A stretch of 64,000 nucleotides of DNA from Deltaproteobacteria bacterium TL4 (GTDB lineage Bacteria; SAR324; NAC60-12). The stretch is taken from the NCBI GenBank assembly GCA_051382335.1, contig JBBCAX010000033.1, positions 49,123-113,122 on the forward strand, read 5' to 3'. The position numbers were made by a program, and so were the translations under genes. Of the stretch, positions 52,102-62,760 are shown piece after piece (within the stretch, counting starts at the first letter, position 1; every line of letters begins with the position of its first letter). The notes below the pieces were generated by a model. The model was not told the origin of the DNA. It did not search any database and saw nothing but the letters and a program-made list of their open reading frames with translations.

Positions 52102-52644
52102 GTGAGAGAAGATCCGATGGCTCTTGGAATAAATCAGTTGACACCAAAGAAGATGAGGAAATGGCTCTTGATCGTGAGCAGTTTTTTTGTTGCGACGTTC
52201 GCACAGGGTTCCCGAGACCCCTTGTCGGATTTTTTTCCAACCTTGGATGGGGGAAAATTTAGTTTCAGTCAACTTAAAAATTACCCCGTCCTGCTGATTG
52301 TCGGCCCTCATCAGGATTTAGCTAAATCGGCTACAGAGTTGTATAATACGTTGTTCCCTCAATATCCTGAAAAAATCTTTTTACTCCTCTCACCGAATTA
52401 TTCTTTTTATATCCCAAAGACGCTTGTCTTAACGTTAATGGAAATCGAGGTCCCTGAACAGGCAAAAAAGCATGTTATTTTAGATTGGACACGAGAACTG
52501 GCAAAATATTTTTTTGTTCATGGCAGCGAATTCCCGATGGTTTTCCTTTTGGAAGACAGAGGCGTAACCTTGGGAAGATATCGGTATACCACGGTCAAAG
52601 ACGCAGTAGAATTTGTTTCTGAAACTTTAGCAGATCAATTATGA
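52102..52644 (+). CDS. hypothetical secreted protein
   Basis: 180 aa with a signal peptide (MRKWLLIVSSFFVATFAQG). Confidence 0.35.
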   Translation: MREDPMALGINQLTPKKMRKWLLIVSSFFVATFAQGSRDPLSDFFPTLDGGKFSFSQLKNYPVLLIVGPHQDLAKSATELYNTLFPQYPEKIFLLLSPNYSFYIPKTLVLTLMEIEVPEQAKKHVILDWTRELAKYFFVHGSEFPMVFLLEDRGVTLGRYRYTTVKDAVEFVSETLADQL

Positions 52645-52807
52645 ATGCGATAGAGAGTTTCCTTTATATGGGCTTACGGATTAAACGGATGATAGGGTTG
52701 TTATTGAGGAAAAGGCGATCCCCTTATTTTGAACTCCTTTTTAATCGAGTCGATCCGTGTAATTCTGTGAGCTATTTTTTTAAAAAGCCATCACTGACGA
52801 GGTCCTT

Positions 52808-55063
52808 ATGGAAGTGATTGAATTTTCAAAGTTGATTCATTTTTTAAAACACCCCTCCCGTCAAGTAAAAATGTGGGCAGCCTTTCAACTGGGTGAATAT
52901 TGGCAAGAGCGAATAGAGGACTTTGCCGGGATCTTATTGGATTCAGAAATAATGGAAATCAAGGAATCCGCGATTTATCTGATTGGTCGTTATCGGTTGC
53001 AACAATATGCGTTCCCCATCTTTAGGATCTTCAACCAGGCGAATACCCCCCTGAAACAAGCTTGCGCCACCACGCTTGCGGAAATTCAATATGAAAACAT
53101 CGAACAGCCCTTATGGGATTGGTTCCAAACGTTAAGTGAACACAAAGAACTAAAAAACTCAGATCTCCAATGCGCGGCCCGTAGCCTTTTACTTTATGAT
53201 TCCAAGGCCTGTTGGTGGAAAATTGAAAAGATCCTGCCACAACACTATGAGAGTCATCTGAAATCCCTCACTATTTTTGGAGCACTTTGCGATGCGACCC
53301 ATCAGGGAGATCAGATTAAAGCACTAACCCGGCATTATATCTATTATCGGAAAAATTTTACTGACCCTCAGTTTTTTCAACACCTGGCCTCAGTTCTTGA
53401 AAACCCGGAAATCATAGAACATGTCTGTAACCGAATGGGATTTGGCTATTCCATTCGACTGTTGTATCAGGAGTGTTTGAATCTGTTGGGATGGAATGTG
53501 ACACCGGAAGCCATTAGTCTTTTAAATGAAATTGACACTTGTCGAGGCGGAAATGAAACAGAAAAAATCCCTGCGAAACTCTTGGCCTTGATCCATAGCT
53601 TAAGTGCTGATTCCAACGACTCTCAAGAACGAACATTTTTAGAATGTTTTAATGACATTATTGAATCCGGATGGGATGAAACTATTTTAAAAATTCAAGA
53701 ACAGGAAACTTATTTCTTGCTAGCGTTACCTCTCACTTATTTTATCAAACAGTCTGAAAAGGAATGCCTTGAATCGGCTTTGGAACATTTTCTGCGAATA
53801 GCTCGCATTTATCACTCCTCCCTGCTGCGATTCGATTTCATGAATAAAATCATCAATCTTCTCCACACGCTTTCCCAGAAAGGACCCATTCCTTCAATAC
53901 CCGTAACATCCACGATCAACGATTTCCCCAAAGACGCGCTCTGGAAACTGGCCACTCAACGGCTTGAAACTACCGATTATCCGTTTCCTTCCGCCTTACC
54001 GAAACCTTGGAAATACGAAATCCCTTTTGTTCTTCCCAAGCTTGCTGAGATTTATAAAAAGGATTTTGATCATTTGGTAATTTCAGCGCAACACGAACAC
54101 ATTGACTATGCGCTTGAATTATTTACCAAAAAATCGGATCCAGCGGTGATTGAGATGATGCTCAAACATTTCCCTTTATTGATTAATCAGCATTTTCATT
54201 TGTTTGTTGACTTTATAGAACAAATTCCAGACGAAAGATTCATTGAAAGACTCAAACAGCATTATCGTGAAGGAGAAGCCGAAATTGCCCAACTCATTGG
54301 GCTGATTTGCACGCTGCATGAAATTGAAAACACGCTTCAACCCCAGTTTTTTCAAGATCACCCCCATGAGTTAGGGCCTTTTGTACGCATCTTGTGCCCT
54401 GAATGTCAGGCGTCATACCGCTATGTGATCTCAGTCCTCTATTTTGATAAAGAATTAATGGAGCAACGCCGATTTTTTACCAATAATGACTTATGGACTT
54501 CCAATGTCTTGAACTGCAAGAATTGTAATGCCATCTTACCCTTACAGGTTGATAAGAGTTTTCTTTCCAATTTATACGCGGAAGTCCTTACCGCTCAGTT
54601 GCTTCAGTTGAATGAAGAAGAAAAAAAATTAATGGAACCTTTTAAACCTCTGGTTTTTCCACGATATTTTGGGAAAAAAACCAATCCCGCTATTTTTTTG
54701 AAAAAAGTTGAAGCGGATTTGAGAGGAGATCGGTTATCAATACTTGAACGGAGTGAGTTATTGTTAGAATCAGGGAAACTCTATCTTGCGTTGGAACGTC
54801 TGGAGGACGCACAGGAAGCCTTCCGCCAAAGTATCAAACTGGTGGGTAATCAACCTCATTCCCTTTTTCATCTGGGCGTCATTGCGTATAGACAAAAAAA
54901 TATCTATGATGCCCGTTTATTCTTTTCCCGCTTGATCAGCATCAGTGCTCCTGAAGATTTTGCCTTGGAGGAAGAAAATCTCTATCAGTTGGCACAACAT
55001 TACCTGGAAATCTTGAATCGACGGGATTTTAAACGTTCCTCCTTCAAGCTAGTACAATCATAG
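52808..55063 (+). CDS. hypothetical HEAT/TPR-repeat protein with an internal zinc-ribbon (CPEC...CKNC)
   Basis: 751 aa. N-terminal HEAT-like (PBS-lyase type) repeats (HPSRQVKMWAAFQLGEY), four Cys in CxxC...CxxC, and C-terminal TPR-like helices. Confidence 0.45.
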   Translation: MEVIEFSKLIHFLKHPSRQVKMWAAFQLGEYWQERIEDFAGILLDSEIMEIKESAIYLIGRYRLQQYAFPIFRIFNQANTPLKQACATTLAEIQYENIEQPLWDWFQTLSEHKELKNSDLQCAARSLLLYDSKACWWKIEKILPQHYESHLKSLTIFGALCDATHQGDQIKALTRHYIYYRKNFTDPQFFQHLASVLENPEIIEHVCNRMGFGYSIRLLYQECLNLLGWNVTPEAISLLNEIDTCRGGNETEKIPAKLLALIHSLSADSNDSQERTFLECFNDIIESGWDETILKIQEQETYFLLALPLTYFIKQSEKECLESALEHFLRIARIYHSSLLRFDFMNKIINLLHTLSQKGPIPSIPVTSTINDFPKDALWKLATQRLETTDYPFPSALPKPWKYEIPFVLPKLAEIYKKDFDHLVISAQHEHIDYALELFTKKSDPAVIEMMLKHFPLLINQHFHLFVDFIEQIPDERFIERLKQHYREGEAEIAQLIGLICTLHEIENTLQPQFFQDHPHELGPFVRILCPECQASYRYVISVLYFDKELMEQRRFFTNNDLWTSNVLNCKNCNAILPLQVDKSFLSNLYAEVLTAQLLQLNEEEKKLMEPFKPLVFPRYFGKKTNPAIFLKKVEADLRGDRLSILERSELLLESGKLYLALERLEDAQEAFRQSIKLVGNQPHSLFHLGVIAYRQKNIYDARLFFSRLISISAPEDFALEEENLYQLAQHYLEILNRRDFKRSSFKLVQS

Positions 55064-55065
55064 GA

Positions 55066-56268
55066 CTAAGGAATCACTTTGAGGGTTTGAAGTTTTTTAA
55101 ATAACTGGAGATACATCGCTTTACTATCTTTTGTTTCTTCAAATCCCGCTTTTCTCGCTTTATCCATGGAATAAGGACAATCCCAATCAATCATCATAAA
55201 AACATCCAAACAGGTTTTCGGCATCAAATCGGTAATGGCGTTCTCTCTAAGGGCATATTTGTTGACCATTTCAGGCCAAAGGGTTCCATTTTTTTCTATA
55301 ATAGCGTCCGTTGAAACGCCATAGTCCTTCAATTGAACCTCCATCTGGAAATAGTTTCCAAATTCAGGCCACAAATCCGACCATTTGGCGGTATCGCCAT
55401 TAACAGCGTTAAACACCTCATTTCGCGCGGCAGGAGTGATGGCACTCCAGACCAGTTGTTGTGCCAACAAATCCGCACAAGAATTATCAACCGCGGTTTC
55501 ATAAGTATCCAGGCTCCCGGGAAAAATCAGGGGGCGTCCGAGCTCTTTCATTACAGCAGCATAGGACGCAATCGAGGTTGCCAAGTTAAAAGGTGACTTT
55601 TCAGAATAACCAATAATGGTTGAGGGACGTAATACAGACCATGTCCAAGGTCCTGAACGCTCAGCGATATGATCCTCAACCTGGTAATACCAACTTTCAA
55701 TGTCAAGTCGGGGAAAGTCTTCACGGAAGGGAACTTCATAATCATACACACCAGGTGCCATAAAAACACTGCCATAATACCGTCCTCCCGTCAACGCGGC
55801 AACGTGTTGAAGCTTATGAGTCGGTTGAGTTACCGCATCAATCACACTCTTGAACAATTTCAAATTGATCCCCTGATCTCCCAACCCCACCGCATTGGCA
55901 TACGCTTGGAAGAACGCTTTTTCCGAGATCTTTCGCAGCAGCGGGGCCACTTTTTGAACCGCGTCCTGAAGGTGATGCATCATTCGTAAGCCAAGATCTG
56001 ACTGGGGAAACCAATCATATTTTGCCCTGAAAATATGGGCTGTATAAAAAACATGCGTAATGCAATACTTTTCCAATTTTGAAATCAGCTCTTCCGTGTT
56101 TAAAGCATCCGCTTGAATATAAGTCACCTGTTGAAATACAGGATGAGTTGGACAGGGCTGATTGGATAAAGCCAAAACCTCCCATTCCTGAAGTTTTGAT
56201 AAATGATGAACTACCGCACTTCCCGCAACCCCTGTCGCCCCCACGACTAACGCTGTTTTCTTTTCCAT
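55066..56268 (-). CDS. NAD(P)-dependent SDR-family oxidoreductase (progesterone-5-beta-reductase/VEP1-like extended SDR)
   Basis: It has a Rossmann GxxGxxG (VVGATGVAGSAVVHHL). The 400-aa length and overall pattern fit the SDR75U/enone-reductase family. Confidence 0.6.
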   Translation of the reverse strand: MEKKTALVVGATGVAGSAVVHHLSKLQEWEVLALSNQPCPTHPVFQQVTYIQADALNTEELISKLEKYCITHVFYTAHIFRAKYDWFPQSDLGLRMMHHLQDAVQKVAPLLRKISEKAFFQAYANAVGLGDQGINLKLFKSVIDAVTQPTHKLQHVAALTGGRYYGSVFMAPGVYDYEVPFREDFPRLDIESWYYQVEDHIAERSGPWTWSVLRPSTIIGYSEKSPFNLATSIASYAAVMKELGRPLIFPGSLDTYETAVDNSCADLLAQQLVWSAITPAARNEVFNAVNGDTAKWSDLWPEFGNYFQMEVQLKDYGVSTDAIIEKNGTLWPEMVNKYALRENAITDLMPKTCLDVFMMIDWDCPYSMDKARKAGFEETKDSKAMYLQLFKKLQTLKVIP

Positions 56269-56481
56269 GAATCCTGTTTTTTAAAATGCTACAATCATGC
56301 CGGATTGTCACCCCCGACTCCACCCTAAACCTCATGATTATTCACCAGAATCGCAAGCTTTAAACATCCATAAAGCTCAAGAATGAACGGATTCTACGGC
56401 TTTAATGAAGTGAGTGCCCATTTTGCGCTTAATTCGCCATTATAGACGTTCATTTAAATAAATTCATTTCAATCTAACCTA

Positions 56482-56558
56482 GACTGTGGAGTACCAAAGC
56501 TTACTTTGGCCAAATCCAAAGAAAGGCCTTTGCCTTTCTGGCCAAAGCAAGCTTTGGC
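56482..56558. repeat. 25-bp near-perfect inverted repeat pair (GGAGTACCAAAGCTTACTTTGGCCA ... TGGCCAAAGCAAGCTTTGGCACTCC) with palindromic spacer
   Basis: Read directly from the sequence. It lies in the divergent intergenic region between the SDR gene and the lipoprotein gene at 56660. Confidence 0.8.
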
Positions 56559-56659
56559 ACTCCTGAAACAGCGTTGTTTAAACGGATCACGCAACAGGAT
56601 GAGTTTTCTGAATATATTTAAATGAACATCTATAGTTTTAAAATTAAGCCTTTAAGAAA

Positions 56660-57574
56660 TTGACTTTTAGCGTTAGATCCTGTTGTATATGCGCCCATAT
56701 AATGAGTTCTCAACAACTTGACCCTTTGTCCCAATCAACGTGTGTCTCTATCATGAAAACTGCTAATAACACCCTTTATGTATTCCTCACTGCGATTTTG
56801 CTTTCCATAATTTTGTCTGGTTGCGGCAATGCCCTGGAAGGAACCACTGACAAAGTTCCTGAGCAAGTGGTATGGCATGATACAGCTAGGGATCATTATC
56901 TAGTCATTAAAAAAGATCAGACTTATGTCATGAAAAGATGCAGTGTCAACAACGGTTACGTCGATATCGAGGGCTTTACAGGAAAAATTTCTGGTGATTC
57001 GTTGATTTACAATGGTGAATCTTATAACATAATTGAAACTGAAGACACGCTAACTATTGTGATTGATGATTCTTCAGCCAGTAGCTCCATCAACTTGGAG
57101 TATGTAAAAGAAACCGAGGTGCCTAAACTATGCACAGGAGACGCAGTCGACATTGGAACGGTGACCCCCTCAGAACCTATAGTCAATGAAAAAAATGAGT
57201 TGGAGTTTGAGTCTATTGAGGTGTTATATCGACTTAACGGTTTAGAAAAGGGAGAAATCAGCATAGGCTTTAATGTGGACCCTGGTTCCCCTGGAATCGT
57301 CAAATTGTTTGCGGAGAAGATCGTGGAGCCAGGGACAGCTTCTGCCGTATTTTATGAGAAACTCTTAGTTGAACTCAAAACTGACGTCAGTAATGAGAGT
57401 ACCACAGACAAACTTGATGTCAGTAACGTGAATTTTAAAGTTTTCGCAAACCTTTCACAATTCAATCATCCTGCGGCTTGGACCCCCTTGGCCTCAGTCT
57501 TTAAAACCATTGCCTTGAAAAGGGCAGAAGTAGATGCTTCCAGTGACAGCTCTCCAAAGAGATCTTGGGAATGA
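56660..57574 (+). CDS. hypothetical lipoprotein
   Basis: It has a signal peptide with lipobox (SIILSGC). 304 aa. Confidence 0.45.
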   Translation: MTFSVRSCCICAHIMSSQQLDPLSQSTCVSIMKTANNTLYVFLTAILLSIILSGCGNALEGTTDKVPEQVVWHDTARDHYLVIKKDQTYVMKRCSVNNGYVDIEGFTGKISGDSLIYNGESYNIIETEDTLTIVIDDSSASSSINLEYVKETEVPKLCTGDAVDIGTVTPSEPIVNEKNELEFESIEVLYRLNGLEKGEISIGFNVDPGSPGIVKLFAEKIVEPGTASAVFYEKLLVELKTDVSNESTTDKLDVSNVNFKVFANLSQFNHPAAWTPLASVFKTIALKRAEVDASSDSSPKRSWE

Positions 57575-60500
57575 TTATTCCTTAGGTGACGAAAAATTGC
57601 AGGTAAGTTGAATGGTACCAGAATCCAGATCTCCATCCTTACAAGCTAAGCCTGTGTCAAAGTTCCAGTTAATGGGTTCTGCTGGAGTGAGTTTTGTGAA
57701 ATCAGGAACCCTATAGGAATTACTACAATAATTACTTCCAGCCCAATGTGGAATCCCATTTTCCGCTGTGACCTCGACATTTTTGTGTAAAAGGGTCCCT
57801 CCAACGGAGATTTCAGCAATTCCCTCATTCTCTCCATAGCGGGCGAGCATACAAAGGTTTAAAATACCCTGAGGATTCGTCTTCTCATCAAAAGTATAAC
57901 CCTTATAGGCCAAATAGCCATCGTTCTCAGCCTGTAAAATAAAGCCATCGAGCATAAAAAAACGCTCGCATTCCGTTTCGCATTTTTCAATACGTTCGAC
58001 ACACGCCGCATCGCAAGCTGAAGTTTGGAGACTGGCACACTCTGTCTCGCATCTGTTAGTTTGAAGCTCAGGACAGGTCTTCTGTAAATTTGACCGATCA
58101 CAACAGGCTCCCCCCAATGTTGTGATGACACTCCCGCATAAATTGTTTGAAACCTTAACATCAGCAAGCTTAAAACTAAGGCCATCACTCATCTCTCCGC
58201 CCTCATTCCCGGTATAGACGAGCCAATAGTCAGCATGTTCAGGGATGGGGATATCTTCCAGTTTTGCGACAAGTTCTTGATCTTTTTTAAATTCTCTAAA
58301 CAAGAGGGGTTCCTCATTCATAGCCTTCAACTTAAGGCCATCCTGCTCCCCCCAATACACCTTATAATAGGTAATGATTGACTCGTCATTTGCTTTGGTT
58401 AAGCTCAGTGTCCCAGTGAGTATTCCCTGTTTCGGATTTTCATCCTCAAAACTTATACCCGCCGCTTTTTCAGAGGGAGGATAATTGTCAATAATCCTCT
58501 TAGCTAAATACCCCTCGGATTCGCCAGCATCGTTTGCTTTATATATTAAAAAATAAACGGCACTTTCAATAGATTCATTGTTTAGTGAGACTACTGGATT
58601 TTCTTTGGATACCGATTTAATCTCTTTTATTTTGCGTTCCTCACTATCACCCCAATAAAAATTATACATTGTTACCTGAGTGTCCTTCTCCATTTTACTA
58701 AGTGCTAATTCACCTGTGATGACACCTTTGTCAGAGTTTATATCCTTAAATACTATTTCAAGCGTGTCGGCATCCTTGATTACAACAGGTTTACTGGCAT
58801 CCTTGATTGGCAAAGAAAAAGGCTTCAGTCCTTCACCCCCCTCAAGGTTAGCCGAATAAACCAAGAAATGCGTTGCTCCTTCAGGTATTGTTGCGTCAGT
58901 TAACTTAAAATCAGGTTTACCGTCCTTTTCGAATCTTTGAATGGCGGGTATATTTTTAATTATTTCCATGCCATTTCCCTCATCCCGCGGCTTTCCCCAG
59001 TAAAGAAGGTAATATTCAATTTTGTTGTCTGTTCCTGGGGTAAGCACCATATTTCCTGATAACTTTCCACCATTCGGATCACCATCCGTAAATGTGAGGT
59101 TTTTAGCCAGACCCGTCGGAGGAGTTCCCAAAGCTGTTCTGACCCAATATCGTTGGCTTACAGCCATCTCTCCCTTTATATTTTCCTGGCTTGGAAAAGA
59201 CGCGATAAATTGAATGAGATGATATCCTTGCTTACTCTCAATACCAAAGTTTTCAATAGCAAGGAGTACTTCTAGTCCTTCGTTGTCATTGCTGAGGGTT
59301 CCTTTGTCAAGGAAATCCAATGTACGCTTTAAATCATCCTTGAGATCCATAGTAATATCATCGACTTTAACATACAAAGCGAGATCCTTTAAACCGTCTT
59401 TGCTCAATGCGGTATTAAACCTCAAAGGAAACTGAATAGATTCTTTTCTCGCTAAGGGCGTAATTGGAACAAACACGTTTTCCTTTTCTTGAAGAGAAAT
59501 CGAACTTCCGGCTTGAGGGACTCCAACCCAAACCGCCTCCTTTTGATTTTTATTTATCGCCTTAACGCTTACAATATTAGCGCCAGGAGGAATAAATACA
59601 GGACAGTTAAAGGCTCCCGATGCAGCCTTAAAAGCATACTGCTCTATCCCATTTTTACCCACAATATTATTCACCTCAACCAGTAACGTATTGCCATCAA
59701 ATTGGGAAAGAGTCCCCTTAATCCACGCATTAACCAGCTTTACTAATGAAACCGAACCTTCACCATTTTGTGAAAGGCTTGAAGAACAACCTGAGGTTTC
59801 ACCGTAGAGACTGGGATTTTCCAAAACAAAGGAACTCACCTCAATTGCTGGCTGTAAGTTCGGATCAACAGTCTCTTGTAACGATAATATGAGTTGGGGC
59901 AAATTTTCCAGTTTCCCGTTACTTAAAAATTCAACCTGATGCTGTGCTTCGTAACGAAGCGAAGCCGTGACTGAAAAAACAACTGAATGCGAGGCGGGAA
60001 CATTTTCAAAGCGAAAATTGCCTTTGGAATCACTCACTGTCGAACTGCGAGATCCGCCAACATCAAAAGAGATGTTGATGTCACGATAATCGGAAGGAGT
60101 CGAATTTTCCAATTGGATTGTACCTTTAACAGTAGCGGCAGGTTCATGATAATATTCCTTGCTGATCCATGAGGTCACATAGCTTCCCCGGGCATTGGAA
60201 ACAAGCTTTAAGCGGAAGCGGTTTGAGCCTGATTTCAAAGGAATAGGAAGATCAATGCTGCCATCAGCTTCGATAAAATCACTAATCGATATCGGTATGG
60301 TTAACTCATTCCAAAACAACTGCAAGTCTCCCATACTCTTATCAAAAGCAACGTTTTGGGAAATCTGGTCATAATAATAATGTTCATAAACAACGCCCTT
60401 TATTCTTCCCAAACCTTCCTCATCATTAAAAAAATACAAGGCCGCTATAAAAGGAGCGATTTCACTGGCTGTTTTTTGATTCACAAAATTTTCATCATTC

Positions 60501-62752
60501 CTGTTTTGGGGTGTTTTTTTGACAAGAACAAGAGGTTTTAAGTCAAGAAGAGTACTATCCTTGGAATAATAGTTCATCAAAGGGTGCCATTCCCGTTTAT
60601 CCTTCAATTCATACCCCTCTTTTTCAACTTTTATTTGCAGGTAAGGAAACATGCGGGGATCTATTTCATCAAAAGCAAAATTATTGGTATTCCCGTACCG
60701 TTCATCCGTACAAGCAAAGACATAGGTCGCCTCCTGTTGAAAAAAGTCGCTATTGCACGTTCCATCCTCAGTACATAAACTCGGTTTAGTCATTGCGTCA
60801 AAAGGATTGCTCTGACAAAAACGACTCATTTCGGTCAGAGTTTGTGTGGCATAAGTTTGTGGATTGGAGGCATTCCATACAAAAGAATTATGCTTAATGT
60901 TTACAAAACCTTCCAGGACTTCATTCCAGGTTTCTCGCTCCTTAGCTTCAAAGGTTATTCGAGGATGTTTCACAGTGACCTGAATTAGAGCGGTTTGCAA
61001 GCCTTGAATCATTGCGTTTTTCAAATAATGGCCCTCATTAAACCCAGTATTTGACCCCAAAGAGGAGAACAATTCCGCCTTATTGAACAAGCTCTTGTTA
61101 TCGACTATAATGTTTTTCACAGACCATTCATATTGGGCACTTTGATGAAACCCTGCCTTGATTAAATTGTTTTTTTTATCTCTGATTAAATTCAAATTCC
61201 AGGGAGAATCAAATTGAACTGGGTTCGGAGGCAAAAGTGCTCCTGTCATTTCCAGTTGATCGAGACTTAACATCCCTGGAACACGGAGAGTTACTTTGGC
61301 TCCTTCAACTAATTTCCCCGTATCACTATTTTCAGTAACTCTTCCGCGAATCATGCCCGCTCTATGTATTATTTTTTGTAAAGAAATTGGTTTTACCGAA
61401 TTCTCTTTAAAGATACTTGAAGCCAAACCTGAGACCCGTGTTCTATAACCAGGAGCTATGATTTCAAAAAAAGCTTTTACTTCTGCTGTTGCGAAGACAG
61501 CCTCAAAAGCTCCCTGATCATCCGGACGATAAGGGATGCCATCCAGTAATACCATGACATCAGACTTTATTACCGATTCAGAATCAACGTCTTGAACTGA
61601 AAACTTGGAATTTTTGTGCGCAAAACCTGAGGCATTTTCAATTACAATGAAGAGTTCCGACGGCAAATGAGCCAAATCCTCTTGTTGTTGCGCAATGGAG
61701 ATGGGCACCAAACTACACACACCTTCATTTCCATTTAATTCTTTAAATGCTTCATCCTTACAAAAGGCTTCACCCGTGAGGATCTTAATTACGGCGTCTT
61801 CTACATTGCTCGTATAAAAATAACTGGCCTCAGCATCTGACTCTGGAGTTAAAGACTTCCATTTTTCGGTGCTCTGATCGTAATGATACACGGAAAGTCT
61901 CAGATGTTCAGTCTCATCTTTCTTAAAGATTGTTGACACCTCAGCAAACTCGAAACCACGAAACAAACGGGTTAGGCCAAACTCAATACTTCCCTCAAAC
62001 CCTAGTGTTTCCAAGGGGATAACGTCATGCTTGCTGTTAGTTGCGACAATCCCTATTCCAGCAACCACTCTTGCTCCCGTTGAAAGCACACTCTTCTTAA
62101 ATTCATCCAAAGCTTTTGAATCCTGGATGATGCCCATGTGTGACAGAGGTTGTACTTGTAAATAAACATCTTCAGAAAGCTGCTTGGTTTCAAGTTTCAA
62201 CCGGAGGGATCTTTGAGAATCAATTAATATTTGAGAACGGGGAGTGGAAATCTGAGTTCTTAAAGGGATAAACGTCCGTACTGGATCCAATGTTATTAAA
62301 TAATAAAAACTAAAGTTATCCTTGGATGGCTTGGAGAAAGAGGCGCTTTTAAAACGGGGATTATAATAGCGTCCAGGGGGATTCACCCACAATACGGCTA
62401 ACTCCTTTGTTCCTTGTAACGCGATATAAATATTGCTTAAAGGCTCGGAACCATCTGAATAAACACCGCCTTTACAAACGGATTTATTCCCAGCTTGACC
62501 TTCAATACATTGAGCTAATTCAAATTTTCCATTACTCAAGGTAAAGGTAGAGGCTAAGAGTCTCATCTCTGTGGACAGTGCGCTATCAGTTGAGGCCTCA
62601 GCTTCAATTGAACTGCCATCGTTGCGGGAGTGATCATAGGAAAGGTTTCTGCAACTACTTAAGATGATCCCGGCAATTAACGCAATAACAATCCTTAGAA
62701 TCCACTTTCGAGCCATAAACTTCTTTTGAGTAGCTGAGGACAACACAACCAA
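57575..62752 (-). CDS. giant (1725 aa) surface lipoprotein with repeated ~100-aa beta-sandwich modules and Cys-rich C-terminal domain
   Basis: It has a lipobox (IILSSC). Repeated modules are marked by YYLLYWGKPRDEGNG / YNFYWGDSEERKIKE / YYKVYWGEQDGLK. The C-terminus has about 20 Cys (CCDRSNLQKTCPELQTNRCETECASLQTSACDAAC...). Confidence 0.75.
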   Translation of the reverse strand: MVVLSSATQKKFMARKWILRIVIALIAGIILSSCRNLSYDHSRNDGSSIEAEASTDSALSTEMRLLASTFTLSNGKFELAQCIEGQAGNKSVCKGGVYSDGSEPLSNIYIALQGTKELAVLWVNPPGRYYNPRFKSASFSKPSKDNFSFYYLITLDPVRTFIPLRTQISTPRSQILIDSQRSLRLKLETKQLSEDVYLQVQPLSHMGIIQDSKALDEFKKSVLSTGARVVAGIGIVATNSKHDVIPLETLGFEGSIEFGLTRLFRGFEFAEVSTIFKKDETEHLRLSVYHYDQSTEKWKSLTPESDAEASYFYTSNVEDAVIKILTGEAFCKDEAFKELNGNEGVCSLVPISIAQQQEDLAHLPSELFIVIENASGFAHKNSKFSVQDVDSESVIKSDVMVLLDGIPYRPDDQGAFEAVFATAEVKAFFEIIAPGYRTRVSGLASSIFKENSVKPISLQKIIHRAGMIRGRVTENSDTGKLVEGAKVTLRVPGMLSLDQLEMTGALLPPNPVQFDSPWNLNLIRDKKNNLIKAGFHQSAQYEWSVKNIIVDNKSLFNKAELFSSLGSNTGFNEGHYLKNAMIQGLQTALIQVTVKHPRITFEAKERETWNEVLEGFVNIKHNSFVWNASNPQTYATQTLTEMSRFCQSNPFDAMTKPSLCTEDGTCNSDFFQQEATYVFACTDERYGNTNNFAFDEIDPRMFPYLQIKVEKEGYELKDKREWHPLMNYYSKDSTLLDLKPLVLVKKTPQNRNDENFVNQKTASEIAPFIAALYFFNDEEGLGRIKGVVYEHYYYDQISQNVAFDKSMGDLQLFWNELTIPISISDFIEADGSIDLPIPLKSGSNRFRLKLVSNARGSYVTSWISKEYYHEPAATVKGTIQLENSTPSDYRDINISFDVGGSRSSTVSDSKGNFRFENVPASHSVVFSVTASLRYEAQHQVEFLSNGKLENLPQLILSLQETVDPNLQPAIEVSSFVLENPSLYGETSGCSSSLSQNGEGSVSLVKLVNAWIKGTLSQFDGNTLLVEVNNIVGKNGIEQYAFKAASGAFNCPVFIPPGANIVSVKAINKNQKEAVWVGVPQAGSSISLQEKENVFVPITPLARKESIQFPLRFNTALSKDGLKDLALYVKVDDITMDLKDDLKRTLDFLDKGTLSNDNEGLEVLLAIENFGIESKQGYHLIQFIASFPSQENIKGEMAVSQRYWVRTALGTPPTGLAKNLTFTDGDPNGGKLSGNMVLTPGTDNKIEYYLLYWGKPRDEGNGMEIIKNIPAIQRFEKDGKPDFKLTDATIPEGATHFLVYSANLEGGEGLKPFSLPIKDASKPVVIKDADTLEIVFKDINSDKGVITGELALSKMEKDTQVTMYNFYWGDSEERKIKEIKSVSKENPVVSLNNESIESAVYFLIYKANDAGESEGYLAKRIIDNYPPSEKAAGISFEDENPKQGILTGTLSLTKANDESIITYYKVYWGEQDGLKLKAMNEEPLLFREFKKDQELVAKLEDIPIPEHADYWLVYTGNEGGEMSDGLSFKLADVKVSNNLCGSVITTLGGACCDRSNLQKTCPELQTNRCETECASLQTSACDAACVERIEKCETECERFFMLDGFILQAENDGYLAYKGYTFDEKTNPQGILNLCMLARYGENEGIAEISVGGTLLHKNVEVTAENGIPHWAGSNYCSNSYRVPDFTKLTPAEPINWNFDTGLACKDGDLDSGTIQLTCNFSSPKE

Positions 62753-62760
62753 GTTTTAAG

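Noticed and set aside
57575-62752. Possibility that the giant Cys-rich-C-terminus protein is a diversity-generating retroelement target
   Set aside because: The window has no reverse transcriptase, no template/variable repeat pair and no adenine-specific mismatch pattern.
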